Shown: positions 1-13,694 of the stretch, in pieces
Layout: the number at the start of each line of letters is the position of its first letter
How positions within the stretch are numbered: the stretch's first letter is position 1
Origin: Eledone cirrhosa
Lineage: Eukaryota
DNA length: 64,000 nucleotides
Reading direction: 5' to 3'
NCBI GenBank assembly: GCA_964016885.1
Contig: OZ024742.1
Location: 82,398,001-82,462,000, forward strand
Notes under the pieces: generated by a model
What the model saw: the letters and a program-made list of their open reading frames with translations, nothing else
What the model was told of the DNA's origin: nothing
Databases searched by the model: none
Translations under genes and position numbers: made by a program

Positions 1-432
1 AGAATTGACAACAAGAAAGGTGCAAGATTGTTAAACAAGAGATATCAAATTAAATTTCCACAGCATGATTGTGGAAGAGAATAAGAATATTTCTTTTTAA
101 TTCAACTAACTCATGATTAAAACTTTCGCATTGCTTAATTCAGAAAGATAAGGAAAATAATGAACCTGACGTTCTGCCCTAGCTCAATACGAGAGAAAAT
201 ACATATAGGTGGCTCATTATAGCAATTACTCCCACAGACTAGTGACTCCAGTCAGATTAACTTTGAATTTTCTGTCAAACAAATCGACTGCTTATCTCTT
301 TAGAAGCGATTTTAGATTATACACACAAAAGACAAAGTCTAAATTAATTCAGCATTTATATTCCCAGCATAAATATTATAAGACATACGAACTAAATTTA
401 GGAAGAAATTTAATAAGAACGTTAATAACAGA

Positions 433-475
<43 letters not shown>

Positions 476-1059
476 AATGTATAGATATATATATATATAC
501 ATAGATAGATAGATGTATAGATAGATAGATATATCCAGTGTATACAACATACATAAGTTGTACAGGTTTTACGTATATGTATGAATTTTATATACAAACA
601 ATTACACAGCCAAGTTTGTGTGTGTATAGACACAATAAAAATATGGGTGTTTACATATATATATATATATAGTCAGTCCTTTTATTAACATTGAACTAAA
701 ACCTGTTGAGAAAGTGGCTTCCTTGTTCAATCATCTTATCAGAAGCCTGACATTATTTATGTAGGCGGACGGTACTTGATTTAGGAGCCGCAGAAACCCA
801 TATACTGGATGTTACCAACCTTCCAGGGGTCCGGGTAAATTTTCAATACCCGAATTACTTGATCGTGTTTTTGGCTATACGAATGATTGTTTAACCATCG
901 TCTCAGTGTGCTTGGCCTTTAACGTTTGTTATAGCTCTGGTTCATCTGAATCATTGAGCACTTACCGCACATCTCGGAGGTTGTTTTTCGTTATTTCGTG
1001 GGCCGAAATGCGAATCTCGATAATGTATGTTTGTTTATATATATATATATACAAACGTA

Positions 1060-1225
1060 GTCACTTAGAAGGTAATAGAACGTGTGACGAAAAAGGTTTG
1101 ACAATATATAAACAACCTTCCGGTATATATAAACAACCAAGCGGAAATTTATAATAAATTGAAGTGCAAAACCGAGGTGCGTGTGTTTTTATCTGAACAC
1201 TGACCCTCCCAAAGTATAACAATAT
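1060..1225 (+). mobile_element. Degenerate solo terminal repeat (pLTR-like) of the Penelope-like family at 26213-27785
   Basis: Shares blocks with 27535-27730 (gtgtgacgaaa..tttgacaatatataaac; ataataaattgaagtg; tgaccctcccaaagtataacaatat); flanked by TA/TG microsatellite; hammerhead core decayed. Confidence 0.7.
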
Positions 1226-1338
1226 ATATATGTGTGTGTGTGTGTGCGTGTGTGTGTGTGTGTGTGTTCCTGCGTACGCCCGTGTGTGAATACATCCACA
1301 CACACACACACACACACACGCACACACATATATATATT

Positions 1339-1535
1339 CGGTGAATTGGCAGAGTTGTTAAGACGGTGAACAGAAAGCTTTACTGTATTCGTTCCACCTC
1401 ATTGCACGCTCTGCCTTCAAATCCCGCCGAGGTCAACTTTACCAGTCATTCTTTTTGGTCAACAAACAAAAATGTACCATTCCAGTACGGCGCTCGTTTA
1501 TTCCTCTATAGAACAATCGGCCTTAGTCATACCTG
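1339..1535 (+). mobile_element. tRNA-derived SINE (octopod-like family), degenerate
   Basis: ggtgaattggcag head, box-B-like ttcaaatccc, ccgaggtcaacttt core shared with the other copies in the window. Confidence 0.75.
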
Positions 1536-1879
1536 GAGACTGTTTGGTTCCAGCAGGTACAAAAGGTCCCAGACACGTTGTATGACGGTGCCCCAATAAC
1601 TCCACAAGGAGTTATTGGATCTTTATCCTTATCATTTATATATATAATTCATAGAAATAATTTGAAAATGTTCATTTTGTCCCATCATATAATTGCTGCT
1701 ACTTATCAGTTACACATGCTGCCACTCCCCCTCACCAGGAATAATGTTTATTATTTAAATACTGTCCTTTCGTCTGACGGAGGGTCGCTGACTGGGACAA
1801 ACTCTAATCTCTATTTTTCTTTCATCCTTTCTACTTATGCCAACAAATAATCCTCCTCTCTTAATCTTCTCTCTTTGAT

Positions 1880-3545
1880 CTCTCTCTCATTACGCTCACA
1901 ACCGACCACCGGCCAAAACCTTTTAACTTTAGAGATATTTTACTCGATTTTCATGCCATCAATGACAGCAGTCGGCTGTTTTAAACGCTGTCACTTGCGT
2001 TCTAGTTTTCGAATTATTTCTATGAATATATAAATATACAAGTATATATGTTTAATTAATTACTGCAACTGCCTAGATTCTGGCATATAGTCCATATGCT
2101 ACAGCGTAGCATATATTTCATGAAGGATTATCAGGAGTTCTAGTAGAATGTTAAGTACAACTATCAGAAATATATTCCCTGGCAATAAAAGTAGACGGTG
2201 CTTTTAAGTCAGAAGCCCTCCCTCACTTTGAAGCACGCGATCAGCCCTTGCAAATCCAGCAAGATTATAATGTACCCCTCCCACATCGGAAAAGAGTTGC
2301 TAGAGTCGACATTCCAAGGATTCCACCAGGACTAGATATGTGCTGGCTCTCGGGATGAGGACGGAACAGACGCTGTCCCAATACTGGTAACCAGAACATA
2401 CAGAGAAGAACTAAGTAAAATCCCGGTGCAGATCCGTCTCCAAAACGGCACGGTTCTACAAATAATGAGTGAGGGCAGAAGCCCACACTGTATCGGTTGC
2501 GGCGAAACTACACAATTTCGTGCCTTCTGCCCTCAGCTATTGAAAAATTCAAGAGTTTGAAAGTCCACGCTGCCGCCAACACCGAGGCCTCAACTACAAC
2601 TGCAACAGCCAAAAAACAACATCCCGAACAAATTCTGCACCAGCGACAGCACCAGAAGAACCAACAATACCACAGGCAACGGCCACAGACACACGACAAC
2701 CAACAACAAGTGCAAAGACCACCAAGACCTCACAGAGGCCACACAAGAAGCTCTCCCCTCCCCCTTCTCGAACACTCACACAAACACACCTACATGCACC
2801 CTAACTTACATCTGACACAAACACAGCAACCTCTTAATCACTGAGTGAAGATAAAGAGGTACACCACAAACCTAAAAAACAAAAAGAAAGGAAACGCAAG
2901 AAGAAATCTGACACACCAACACAAACTGTATTGCTGACTTATGGAGTTATGTCGAATGGCTGTTATCGCGTGTGCACCGATCCGGCTATTGACTCAGGCC
3001 ATAGTAAAGATCGCCGCGCCGCCTTCTTTTGGCCGGAAATATCAGGAATTGTTCTTATAGGTGCAGCGAAAGAGGTTGTGTGGTGGACGCGACAGAAAGT
3101 TGTGAAGACAGACATTTTCTTTTTCTGCCATTCCCTCGTCAACTTTTCCAAGTTCCAATTGGAAGGAAGTTAAGGGGGGGGGGGGGAGAGAAATGATACC
3201 CCCACTCCGATCATCTTTTTAAAAAGTGCGTGATTGCTGCGAGGATGGCCCGTGTGAATGTGCCCACTCTGATCATGCGCTCGTAGGCTGGAAGGATGGA
3301 GACATAGAGTGGTACCGTCCTAGGGTGCTCTTGGAAATGAGAGACGGTTGGGATTTGTGGGGTTGCTAATTTCATACCTAGGTGGTATGCCACCCCCTCC
3401 TATTAGGGAAGTCTGTTGTTGATATTTTTTGTTAATTGTTTTCCTTTATAATTTCTACTCGAATATATGTAACCCCCACTGCCCCCTGTCTTTCTACTGT
3501 CCTCTATGCTTGGTCCTTGTGGCCAATAATAAAGAAATTATTATT
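1880..3545 (+). mobile_element. Internally deleted L1/Tx1-like LINE (ORF1 relic joined to ORF2 3' end and 3'UTR)
   Basis: Decayed zinc knuckle CIGCGETTQFRAFCP at ~2489-2533; AKEVVWWTR motif (ORF 2931-3173) homologous to VKEVVTWTR of the minus-strand LINE; ends aataaagaaattattatt. Confidence 0.65.
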
Positions 3546-3582
3546 AAACATAATGATAATGACTTGCAAGAAACCAATATAA

Positions 3583-3740
3583 TAATTGTTTCTACTTCTT
3601 GGTACAAGGCCAGCAATTATTCCAGTGTATTACTGGTACTTTAATTTATCGACCCTGCAAGGACGAACGGCAAAGTTAACCTCGGCGGGATTTAACTCAG
3701 ATCATAAAGGCGGGTAACTCTATGCTGAAAGGCATGGCAA
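3583..3740 (-). mobile_element. tRNA-derived SINE (octopod-like family), 5'-truncated
   Basis: Reverse complement of the family core: aaggccagcaatt...ctggtacttt...tcgaccc...aagttaacctcggcgggattt. Confidence 0.85.
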
Positions 3741-3744
3741 AAAT

Positions 3745-5690
3745 GAAAATAATCATAATTTCTTTATCGGCCGCTAAAGCCTACATAGAGGGGATTGTAC
3801 GGAAGGGACAGGGGCAGTGGGGTTTTAGAATTAAAATCGAGGCGCATGCACAGAGTAGGCCCCTACACAAGGGCCATTTGCGCAATATATACCCACATTT
3901 TTGCAGATGTACTTGGGAGGGGTGATACTTCTCTCCCAACCCTTACACTTCTTTTAAAGTGAAACTTTAAAAAGTCTGTCTTCAGTCCTTTCAACCTGGT
4001 CCACGTCACAACCTCTTTAACTACTACCAGCAGACAGAGGAAAATTTCCTGCCCTTCTTGGCCAAAAGAAGGCGGCGGGTCGATTTTTACTATGGACTGA
4101 GTCGAAACCTGCATCCGTGATACTCAAGACAACAACTATTTGACATATCTCCACGAGTGAGTAGTGCACGGACACTGGACGTGTGCGTGCAGAACGGATT
4201 TGTCGCTCTACACGCATATCAAACCAACAGGGATCTCCAGTAGCACAGCCAAGCGAGGGATTTCTGGAAATTGCCCATAGTCTCCGGCTCGAAGATCCTC
4301 CGGGAAAGACTGGCTAGTTGCTTTTCGTCAACGCCTAGACTCTCTCAGAGAGCGTCGTCGCATTTGCCTACCAATAATCCTATATAGAATTAGAGAGTAA
4401 AAGTACCGCTGACGGCTTGTAGAGTGCAGTGATGGCCTGGGAGCATTCCAGAAGCTGGTCACCCAGTCTCGGTCTTTTTTCATTCAGCGCTGAAGCTCAA
4501 TCAAAGATCAAAGAGATGAGATGCGGAAAAATCTGTTTCACAAACAGGGACCACATCTGTTCAGCGGTTAGGCAGAATATATGGAGATGCTGCAGACACA
4601 GCCCATGTTTTTCCATCATTAGCCACGACATGCCCAGCCCTACTCGTAGAAGGTGCTGGCAGCAGATGAAGCGCCTCACAGAAGTAAGCTGCTGCTTCCA
4701 CAATAAGTTGAAGAGGAGCTGTTCCAATTTGGCAAAGCGTGGACAAGGGGCGAGGATTAGGTGGTCGGAGATGACCTTTCTGGGACAGCTTCCTCTCGGC
4801 CCATATCTGCATGAGAGTGACTTCCCAGTTCGTAACCTCGTCACAATTCCTATCCACTTTGAGGTCTGGCCCATCCAGGGCGCGACGGAGCTGCCTGACG
4901 GCATGTTCATGTTTCTCCAGGTGCCGAACTGCAAGCCCACCGATTTTTCCTGGTTTAGTTTGCTCCTGTCGAGCTTTCATATTCTCCCAAGCCTGTGTCG
5001 ACCACACTTCCTTTTTGCGTCTTGGTTCGTGTGGGATGCTTTGCATGAGCTTCAACTTCCAATACATGCAGAACGGAGGAGTGAAGCCACCCTTGACGCT
5101 CCGATCTGGAGATTTGACAAGTTTCCGAAAGATACACATCAATTTTATCCACGCAGAAGATGCCGCTGTGCATTGCTGCGATCTAGCCTCTGATGACGGA
5201 ACAGCTTCCAGGTATCAATGGTCGACCCTACAGAAATCTTTCAATTTATCTAAATTGATCAGAGAGCGACAAATGCCAGATTTGCACAGTACCGTCTCTA
5301 TGATGTATTGCATGACTTTGTCATGTACGAACCTGCGCGGGATTACCCAAGTTTATAACTCACCTACTAAATCCTCGACGACAAGCGCCAACCTCTTCGC
5401 TAACACATTTGGCCAAAATATTAAACTCTAATTTCAGCAGAATCAGGTGGCTGAAGTTGTCTAATGTACCCCATTTGTTATCATCTGTCCTTATCTAAGT
5501 CACTGCGCTATGGCTAACGTAACTGGGAATACTCCGGTTCTGCTGCGAGTTGCAATAGAGAGCTTCGGTGGGATCGGAGAAGAAGTCTGGCAACATCTAC
5601 ATAAAGCTTGTAGGGCTGACCATCCAAACAGGGTGACTTGCACAACGTGCAGCCTACTAGGGCATCCCGAACCACGGCTGAAATTATCAG
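3745..5690 (-). mobile_element. 5'-truncated degenerate L1/Tx1-like LINE (RT and C-terminal region, frameshifted)
   Basis: Minus-strand translation gives KSPCLDGQPYKLY (cf. KSPGxDGxPxE) and DNFSHLILLKLEFNILAK/LAKRL (cf. NYRPISLLNxDYKILAK); ORF pieces 4561-5142, 4497-4940, 3863-4114; 3' end similar to the + copy. Confidence 0.8.
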
Positions 5691-6594
5691 CATTTTCCGT
5701 CATTACATTCAATTTGTTCTTCACTTTCATTTTATTTTATTAGGTTAGTAAATACAATCTTGCCCAAAGTATTTCTTTCGTTTGAATAATGCAACTTAAT
5801 TAAATGCCCGAAATTTACAAGTTCATCTATATGAAGAAATGCCAGAGGTGAAGTAAAATAAAGAAATACTATATATATTCCCTGTCTCGTATATATATCA
5901 TATATGTATGTGAGAGAAATAATCTCTTCAACTTGATTAATTGGGCAGAAATATTACATTCAACATTTTGTATTAACATTTCATGGCTTTGTATGTTACT
6001 AACCACTTAGAATGCTCTCAGGAATTTTTAGACGCCTCTATCCATTTGTTACAGAGCAATCTGTTATAATTTGTCCCCTCGAAACTACTCATTATTCTCT
6101 TCTTCTTCTCTATGTGTTCCTCTATGTTCTACGTATATTTTTATATACCATCATGATTTGATTTTATTCTGATCCGTCATATCCACTCCTTTCATAGTAA
6201 ATGCAGCATACACAGACACCGCAATCATTTTATATACTTCCGTTTTCTATTCTACCACCTATCTACTCCTCTTTTAACATTCTTTTGTTTTCCTTCCTTT
6301 AATTTGCCATATAATTACTTTCCTAGAAAATACCACAAATGGAAAATAATTACATTTACGTGAAGTAAAATAAAATAAAAATATAAAACGCGGAATAAAA
6401 ACATATATAGCGATGGCATAGACATTTAGATATGAGAAAATGCTTTCAGAATTTCTTATAACTTTATGTAAATTTAACAATTTATTTTGAATGTTCAACG
6501 ACCCTAGAATTAAATGTTTGACCCTTTCACCTCATACATTTACAATTTCGACAGCTATCAAAGTATTCATCAATTAATCATGATAGATGCAAAG

Positions 6595-6640
<46 letters not shown>

Positions 6641-6726
6641 GTAGGTCCTGGGTTGAGTCGGGGATAACCACAGTAAGTAAGGTACTCGATACATGGCAGA
6701 GTAAAATATATTTATTGTATAGAAGG

Positions 6727-6777
6727 AGCTTCTACAGGACTAGTGCTGTTTCATTCAGATGAAATCTTCAGGAAGCT
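6727..6777 (-). ncRNA. Type I hammerhead ribozyme motif
   Basis: agcttc-CTGAAGA-tttcatctgaat-GAAACag..ctGTA-gaagct; 6-bp stem I, 4-bp stem III, weak stem II. Confidence 0.75.
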
Positions 6778-7253
6778 GGGTGTTATATTAATTTCTGGTA
6801 TTTATACATTTAGGTAATGGTAAGGGAGGGGTGGTGGCTGGGGGGGACTTTTTGGGGGTAGGATGGTATTTAGATACACAGGACCACAACATGGCACAGG
6901 CCGTTTTTTCTTTGGGGAGTGGTCAATTAGCCAGAGTGCTTTTGTAAATTTATAGAAAAAGAAAAAGTAAATTAATAAGTAAATAAATAAATAAATAAAT
7001 GAATAAATAGATAAATGAATAAATAAATAAAATAAATAAAAATAAATAAAAATCCCAAGAATAGTAATTCAACAGATATATAGTAGGACATTTTTTAGGT
7101 GGGTTGGTATTAGAAGATAAACAAGACAGAATCATGACACAGACTGAGGTGAGTGGTCAAGTTAACATACAAGCTACAGGTGGCCAGAGTGTTTTTGTAG
7201 AATGGAAAGAATAAAATATATTTACATACTCACAAACACATACATAAACACTT

Positions 7254-7287
<34 letters not shown>

Positions 7288-7295
7288 GCATATCT

Positions 7296-7380
<85 letters not shown>

Positions 7381-9808
7381 CATACATATATATATATATA
7401 TATACACACAAGAAAAAAGCACATACACACACATATACACACACACATGCATACACATACACAGACATATATATATATACATATACATACATATATACAC
7501 ATACACACGTGCATATACACATATATATATACACATACAAGTATGTATGTCTCTCGGTATAAACTACACTATACATACATATACATACATATACACACAC
7601 ATACATACATACACACACATACACACACACAAACACATACATACACACATATACATACATATATATATATATATATATACACACATACATACACATACAT
7701 ATATATACATATATATATATATATACACATATATATATATATACACACACACACATATACATGCACACACGCATACATACACATACACACATACAAATAC
7801 ATACACATAAACACATATACACATACACACACTCGTTTGCACACATACATGTATCGATAATATATTGGGAAAAGGTAGTGGGACAAATTTTAAACTGAGC
7901 CTGATAGAGGATTAAAATAATTATTATCACTACTATGTTATTAATATTATCATCAAGTAATTAATTACTATTTATTATTTACCATTCACTATTCATTACC
8001 TATCTTTTATCTTTTATCTTTTATCTATTCATTACTTAATCATTCGCTTATTAATTAATAAATAACTGAGTTAACTAACAAACAAACAAACAAACAAACA
8101 AACAGATAAACAAACAAACAAATAAATAAATAAATAAATAACTGAATAAATAAATAGATAAATAAATAAATAAAATAACTAAATGAATAAATAAATAAAT
8201 AAATAAATAAATAAATAGATAAATAAATAAATAAATAAATCTCGAACGTGTGCGTGCAGCAGTTCATAACTGCACGTATGCAAACATGAGCAGATATATA
8301 CGTGAATTTGTGTGTGCGGCCACTGAACCTTACTCAAAGGCATACAACACAATATATAAGACCTGGAGGGCAGGAAAGAAGGTAATAATGAGAGATAGAG
8401 GAGAGGAAAGAAGGTAATAATGAGAGATGGAGGGACAGAAGTGGGATGGGGGACGGGGTGGGGTGGTGATAAAGGGGGGGGGTCAATCGGGGGCCGGGTG
8501 GGTTTGTAGTTTTTGTAATTTGCATAGTTCTTGTGCATGCAATTTATTTATTTATTTATTTATTTATTTATTTGTTTGTTTGTTTATCTGTTTGTTTGTT
8601 TGTTTGTTAGTTAACTCATTTATTTATTAATTAATAAGTGAATGATTAAGTAATGAATAGATAAAAGATAAAAGATAGGTAATGAATAGTGAATGGTAAA
8701 TAATAAATAGTAATTAATTACATGATGATAATATTAATAACTTAGTAGTGATAATAATTATTTTAATCCTCTATCAGGCTCAGTTAAAAATTTGTCCCAC
8801 TACTTTTTCCCAATATATTATAGATACATGTATGTGTGCGAACGAATGCGTGTATGTGTATATGTGTTTATGTGTATGTATGTGTATGTGTGTATGTGTA
8901 TGTATGCGTGTGTGCATGTATATGTGTGTGTGTATATATATATATGTGTATATATATATATATGTATGTGCATGTATGTGTGTATATATATATATGTATG
9001 TATATGTGTGTATGTATGTGTTTGTGTGTGTGTATGTATGTGTATGTATGTATTATGTGTGTGTATATGTATGTATATGTATGTATAGTATAGTTTATAC
9101 CGAGAGACATACATAGTTGTATGTCTATATATATATGTGTATATGCACGTGTGTATGTGTAGATATGTATGTATATGTATATATATATATATGTGTATGC
9201 ATATATATGTGTGTGTATGTGTATGCGTGTGTGTGTGTGTATTTGTGTGTATGTACTTTTTTCTTGTGTGTATATATATATATGTATATGTATGTATAGA
9301 TATGCATATATATATATATATGTGTGTGTAAGTGTTTATGTATGTGGTTGTGAGTATGTAAATATATTTTATTCTTTCCATTCTACAAAAACACTCTGGC
9401 CACCTGTAGCTTGTATGTTAACTTGACCACTCACCTCAGTCTGTGCCATGATTCGGTCTGTTTATCTTCTAATACCAACCCACCTAAAAAAAAATGTATA
9501 TATATAACTATATATCTGTTGAATTACTATTCTTGGGGTTTTTATTTATTTTTATTTATTTTATTTATTTATTCACTTATCTATTTATTCATTTATGTAT
9601 TTATTTATTTACTTATTTATTTACTTTTTCTTTTTCTTTTATTTTACAAAAGCACTCTGGCTAATTGATCACTCCCCAAAGAAAAAACGGCCTGTGTCAT
9701 GTTGTGGTCCTGTGTATATCAATACCATCCTACCCCCACCCCCCCCCAGCCACCACCCTCCCTTACCACTACCTAAATGTATAAATACCAGAACTTAATA
9801 TGACACCC

Positions 9809-9859
9809 AGCTTCCTGAAGATTTCATCTGAATGAAACAGTACTAGTCCTGTAGAAGCT
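9809..9859 (+). ncRNA. Type I hammerhead ribozyme motif (predicted cut after GUA, 9853)
   Basis: agcttc CTGAAGA tttcatctgaat GAAAC ag tactagtc ct GTA gaagct. Confidence 0.75.
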
Positions 9860-9899
9860 CCTTCTATACAATAAATATATATATATATATATATATATA

Positions 9900-10165
9900 A
9901 AGAAAATAAATATGGCGTAGACATACAATACAACAGGAGGAAACAAAATATTACCACTGATGTTGTTGCAGATGGGCAACGAAAGAACTTTGATAAACTA
10001 TATATATATAACCGTTGGTCAAACAACGATAAAAATTGATTGCCAAATAAATTAACTATGGAGATATAAAAGATACAGAACCGAAAACCAACCAAACAGT
10101 GAATGTGTTATGTTATTATTTCTGGCAATATTATTACAACAATATGACCCTCCCCAAGTAAAACA

Positions 10166-10168
<3 letters not shown>
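9900..10168 (+). mobile_element. Solo Penelope-like terminal repeat with hammerhead-like motif at 9954-9993
   Basis: CTGATGT-t-gttgc-agatgg-gcaac-GAAAgaactttga; ends atgaccctccccaagta like 27706-27722; between (TA)n tracts. Confidence 0.6.
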
Positions 10169-10219
<51 letters not shown>

Positions 10220-10769
10220 GTGCGTGTCTGTGTGTATTTATATTGGTTTCCACCTGATTGTGGTGAAGGCCGATAACGTTGTTAGATCTCAATGTGGTCT
10301 TTGAGAAATGTCTTCAGTGACATTAGGAGGCGAGTCATACAGAACTTTTGGTAGGTGTTCACTGTATAAGGTTTTCTCGAAGAGAATCTTCCCGGGTTAA
10401 CGACACATTTATGTATATATGTGTGTGTGTAGACAGAACAATGAAAACAAAACAAATATCAGTGATAGAGTGTTAATTAGTTCATTAGTTTACGATCATT
10501 TCAGATTGATAATAGAAGATCAATATATCGTCTAGCATTGTAGTGATTTCGTTGCTGCCTGTTTCCAGTCTCAAAATTGCTGCTCGATCGCCTGTCTTAT
10601 TCAGAAATACTGAACTATGATTTTATGCGCTATATATATATATATTAGGTTGGACTGCGCGAGTTGGGTAGGCCAATCCAGGAAGAAATAGAAATACAGG
10701 GATGCATAAATTAATAGTGGCGGTAGTAGAAAGTATACACAGAAGAATAAATACAGATAAATAATAATA

Positions 10770-10945
10770 ATAATTTCTCATTTAGGCACAAGTCCAACCA
10801 TTTTCGACATCAGTGCCTTTGCGCTACATTATGTTCTCGATCCATAATGATGAAGCCCAAAGCTAACCTCGGTCGGATTTGAAATGAAAACATAAAAGGC
10901 AGTAAATCTAAGCTGCAAAGTATAGTATCCCACACTCCACCTATA
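10770..10945 (-). mobile_element. Degenerate SINE copy
   Basis: ttaggcacaag...aaagctaacctcggtcggatttgaa matches the family. Confidence 0.65.
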
Positions 10946-11059
10946 CGATAATCACACGTACTTACCTATCCACATAATATATAATGGGTAAGTGTATGTG
11001 ATATATACAATCCCATGGACTGAGTGTTCTACTACTACTGATATATGCTCTACTACTAC

Positions 11060-11410
<351 letters not shown>

Positions 11411-11439
11411 ATGCATATATCTGTGTACACACATATATA

Positions 11440-11476
<37 letters not shown>

Positions 11477-11880
11477 GTGCGTGTGTATGTATATATAAGT
11501 ACACATTTATATGTGTGAGTGTGTCCATGTGTATATAAATATGAATACATGCCTATACGTATGTATGCATGTCTTTCTTTACACACCTTTATGTGATTTC
11601 TACTACCACCATTCATGCATCCTCATATATATTTTCCCCCTGATTGACACACCCTACTCTCGCACTCCTAGCCCATTATATATATAGAAAATAAACTAAT
11701 AATATCCCACGCTCTGCAATCGCAAATCATAGTTCAGTGTTTCTGAATGAGACAGTCAATCAATAAGGAAATTTGGGACTAGAAACATGTAGCTACGTAA
11801 CCACTTTGACGATCTATCAACGATCGTAAAATTATGAAGTGATAAAATATCTCTGATTTTTGTTCTGATTTCATTGTTCA

Positions 11881-11982
<102 letters not shown>

Positions 11983-11984
11983 GT

Positions 11985-12640
11985 ATATTTATATAATATT
12001 AGTTTTCGATTCGTTTGCAATTATGCAAACAAACCTCATTTTTATAGCCATGTCAGTAGAATGAACCCTTCATTCTTGCTCTTGAGTTGGCATGTAAACA
12101 GAACCGCAGACACTAATGTTTCTGGGTATCACCCTTCATCAGTACAGCTCACTGTTCACCTCCCAACTGTCAGAGCTAGTGAAAATATATGCTATTTTCT
12201 AAAATATACAGTGACTGATCGGCTTGATTTGCATATTAGCAGACTGGCTGATCAGTCAGATCTGCATATTAGCAGAACCAGTGGTCAGCGAGATTTGCAT
12301 ATCAGCAGACTGGCCAGTCAGTTTCCTGGAGACGAGCGATAAATGGCCGGCTTTGCCACATTCAAATAAAAAAAGAAAATGTTCGCTCTACATGGCTGAA
12401 TACAATAAATGTTATCTTACTTTTTTTAATATTAGTAACATTCGATTCGTTTGCAACTATGCAAGCAAGCCTCATTTTTATGCCAACACAAGAGCAAGAA
12501 TGAAGGGTTCATTCTACTGACATGGCTATAAAAATTAGGCTTGTTTGCATAATTGCAAACGAATCGAATGTTATTAATATTCGAAAAACTCAGATTACAT
12601 TTATTGTATTCAGCCATTAGAGCGAACATTTTCTTTTTTA
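11985..12640 (-). mobile_element. Non-coding element with nested direct and inverted terminal duplications and a hammerhead; probable Penelope-like derivative
   Basis: 12000-12093 is inverted relative to 12480-12580; 12368-12480 is inverted relative to 12528-12640; three ~30-bp repeats at 12222-12320; (TA)n flanks. Confidence 0.7.
12103..12148 (-). ncRNA. Type I hammerhead ribozyme motif
   Basis: gctgta CTGATGA a-gggt-gat-accc-a GAAAC attagt GTC tgcggt; intact core, stem I with G-U wobbles. Confidence 0.75.
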
Positions 12641-12652
12641 ATATTTATATAA

Positions 12653-12722
<70 letters not shown>

Positions 12723-12982
12723 AAGGTATATATTGATTTAGAAACTCAAAATAGTCTCTTACAATAAAATAGCTCTAAGAAAGAGATTTTTCCGAGCTGT
12801 ATGTTATAACTGAATATAAAAGAAAAACGAACACAGATATATAGATATATGTGTTCAAATCGTAAGGGTCCAGATTCGGTAAGGTAAAAAGAATACTAAC
12901 TATAGACAATAGGATTTGCCAGACTCAATTTAAGAATAAATCAAGAAATTAAATACACACCAGAATTGTGGTAACTACCAAT

Positions 12983-13060
12983 CACGCAGACAGCTTTGAT
13001 AATGCTGTTTCGCAAAATTAATTGTGAAGAGGAATAACAATTCTTGCTCATCAGTGGATG
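12983..13060 (-). ncRNA. Hammerhead ribozyme motif with long stem II
   Basis: CTGATGA gcaagaatt..aattttgc GAAACagc attatcaaa gctGTC tgcgtg. Confidence 0.8.
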
Positions 13061-13616
13061 AAGAATTATTAGTAACTTGATCACTTTTAAGTATGTTAAA
13101 AAACTGAATAGTGTGCGTATATTTAATAACGCACATGGTATCTGAACTTAGCGTGTCTCACAAACTCACACCAGTAAAAATAGCAGCCAGGTTTACTCGA
13201 CATTTGAATTAGCTCAAACAATTAACGGAGCCGAATATATCAAAGTTAGAAACTCAAAATAGTCTCTTACAATAAAATAGCTCTAGGAAAGGCATTTTTC
13301 CGAGCCGTATATTATAACTGAATATAAAAGAAAAACGAGCACAGATATATAGATATGTGTTCACATTTGAGCAAAAATCTCTTTCCTAGAGCTATTTTAT
13401 TGTAAGAGACTATTTTGAGTTTCTAAGTCAATATATACCTTTGATATATTCGGCTCCTTTAATTTTTTGAGCTAATTCAAATGTCGAGTAAACCTGGCTG
13501 CTATTTTTAGTGGTGTGAGTTTGTGAGACACGCTAAGTTAAGATACCATGTGCGTTATTATATATACGCGCAGTTTTTTAATATACTTAGAAATGACCAG
13601 GATACTAATAATTCTT

Positions 13617-13694
13617 CACGCACCGATGAGCAAGAATTGGTATACCTCTTCACATTTAATTTTGCGAAACAGCATTATCAAAGCTGTCTTGGTT
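13617..13694 (+). ncRNA. Hammerhead ribozyme motif (mutated copy, CCGATGA core)
   Basis: cacgca CCGATGA gcaagaatt..aattttgc GAAACagc..gctGTC. Confidence 0.65.

Larger units (their letters stand above)
6640..9878. mobile_element. Palindromic non-coding element: ~1.5/1.3 kb inverted arms (6703-8240 / 8542-9878), ~300-bp spacer, ~60-bp one-sided tail, hammerhead near each outer end; probable non-autonomous Penelope-like element
   Basis: Arms are reverse complements over the unique blocks (e.g. 7860-8075 vs 8605-8820); flanked by (TA)n on both sides. Confidence 0.8.

Noticed and set aside
7157-9426. Long ORFs rich in YI/CV/HT repeats (also at 10952-11266, 43741-45281 and elsewhere)
   Set aside because: Translations of (TA)n/(TG)n/(TACA)n microsatellites, which lack stop codons
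11740-11800. Hammerhead-like CTGAATGA..GAAACATGTA (similarly weak cases near 950, 10250, 30370, 33975, 45990)
   Set aside because: Core or stem I too damaged to support a call
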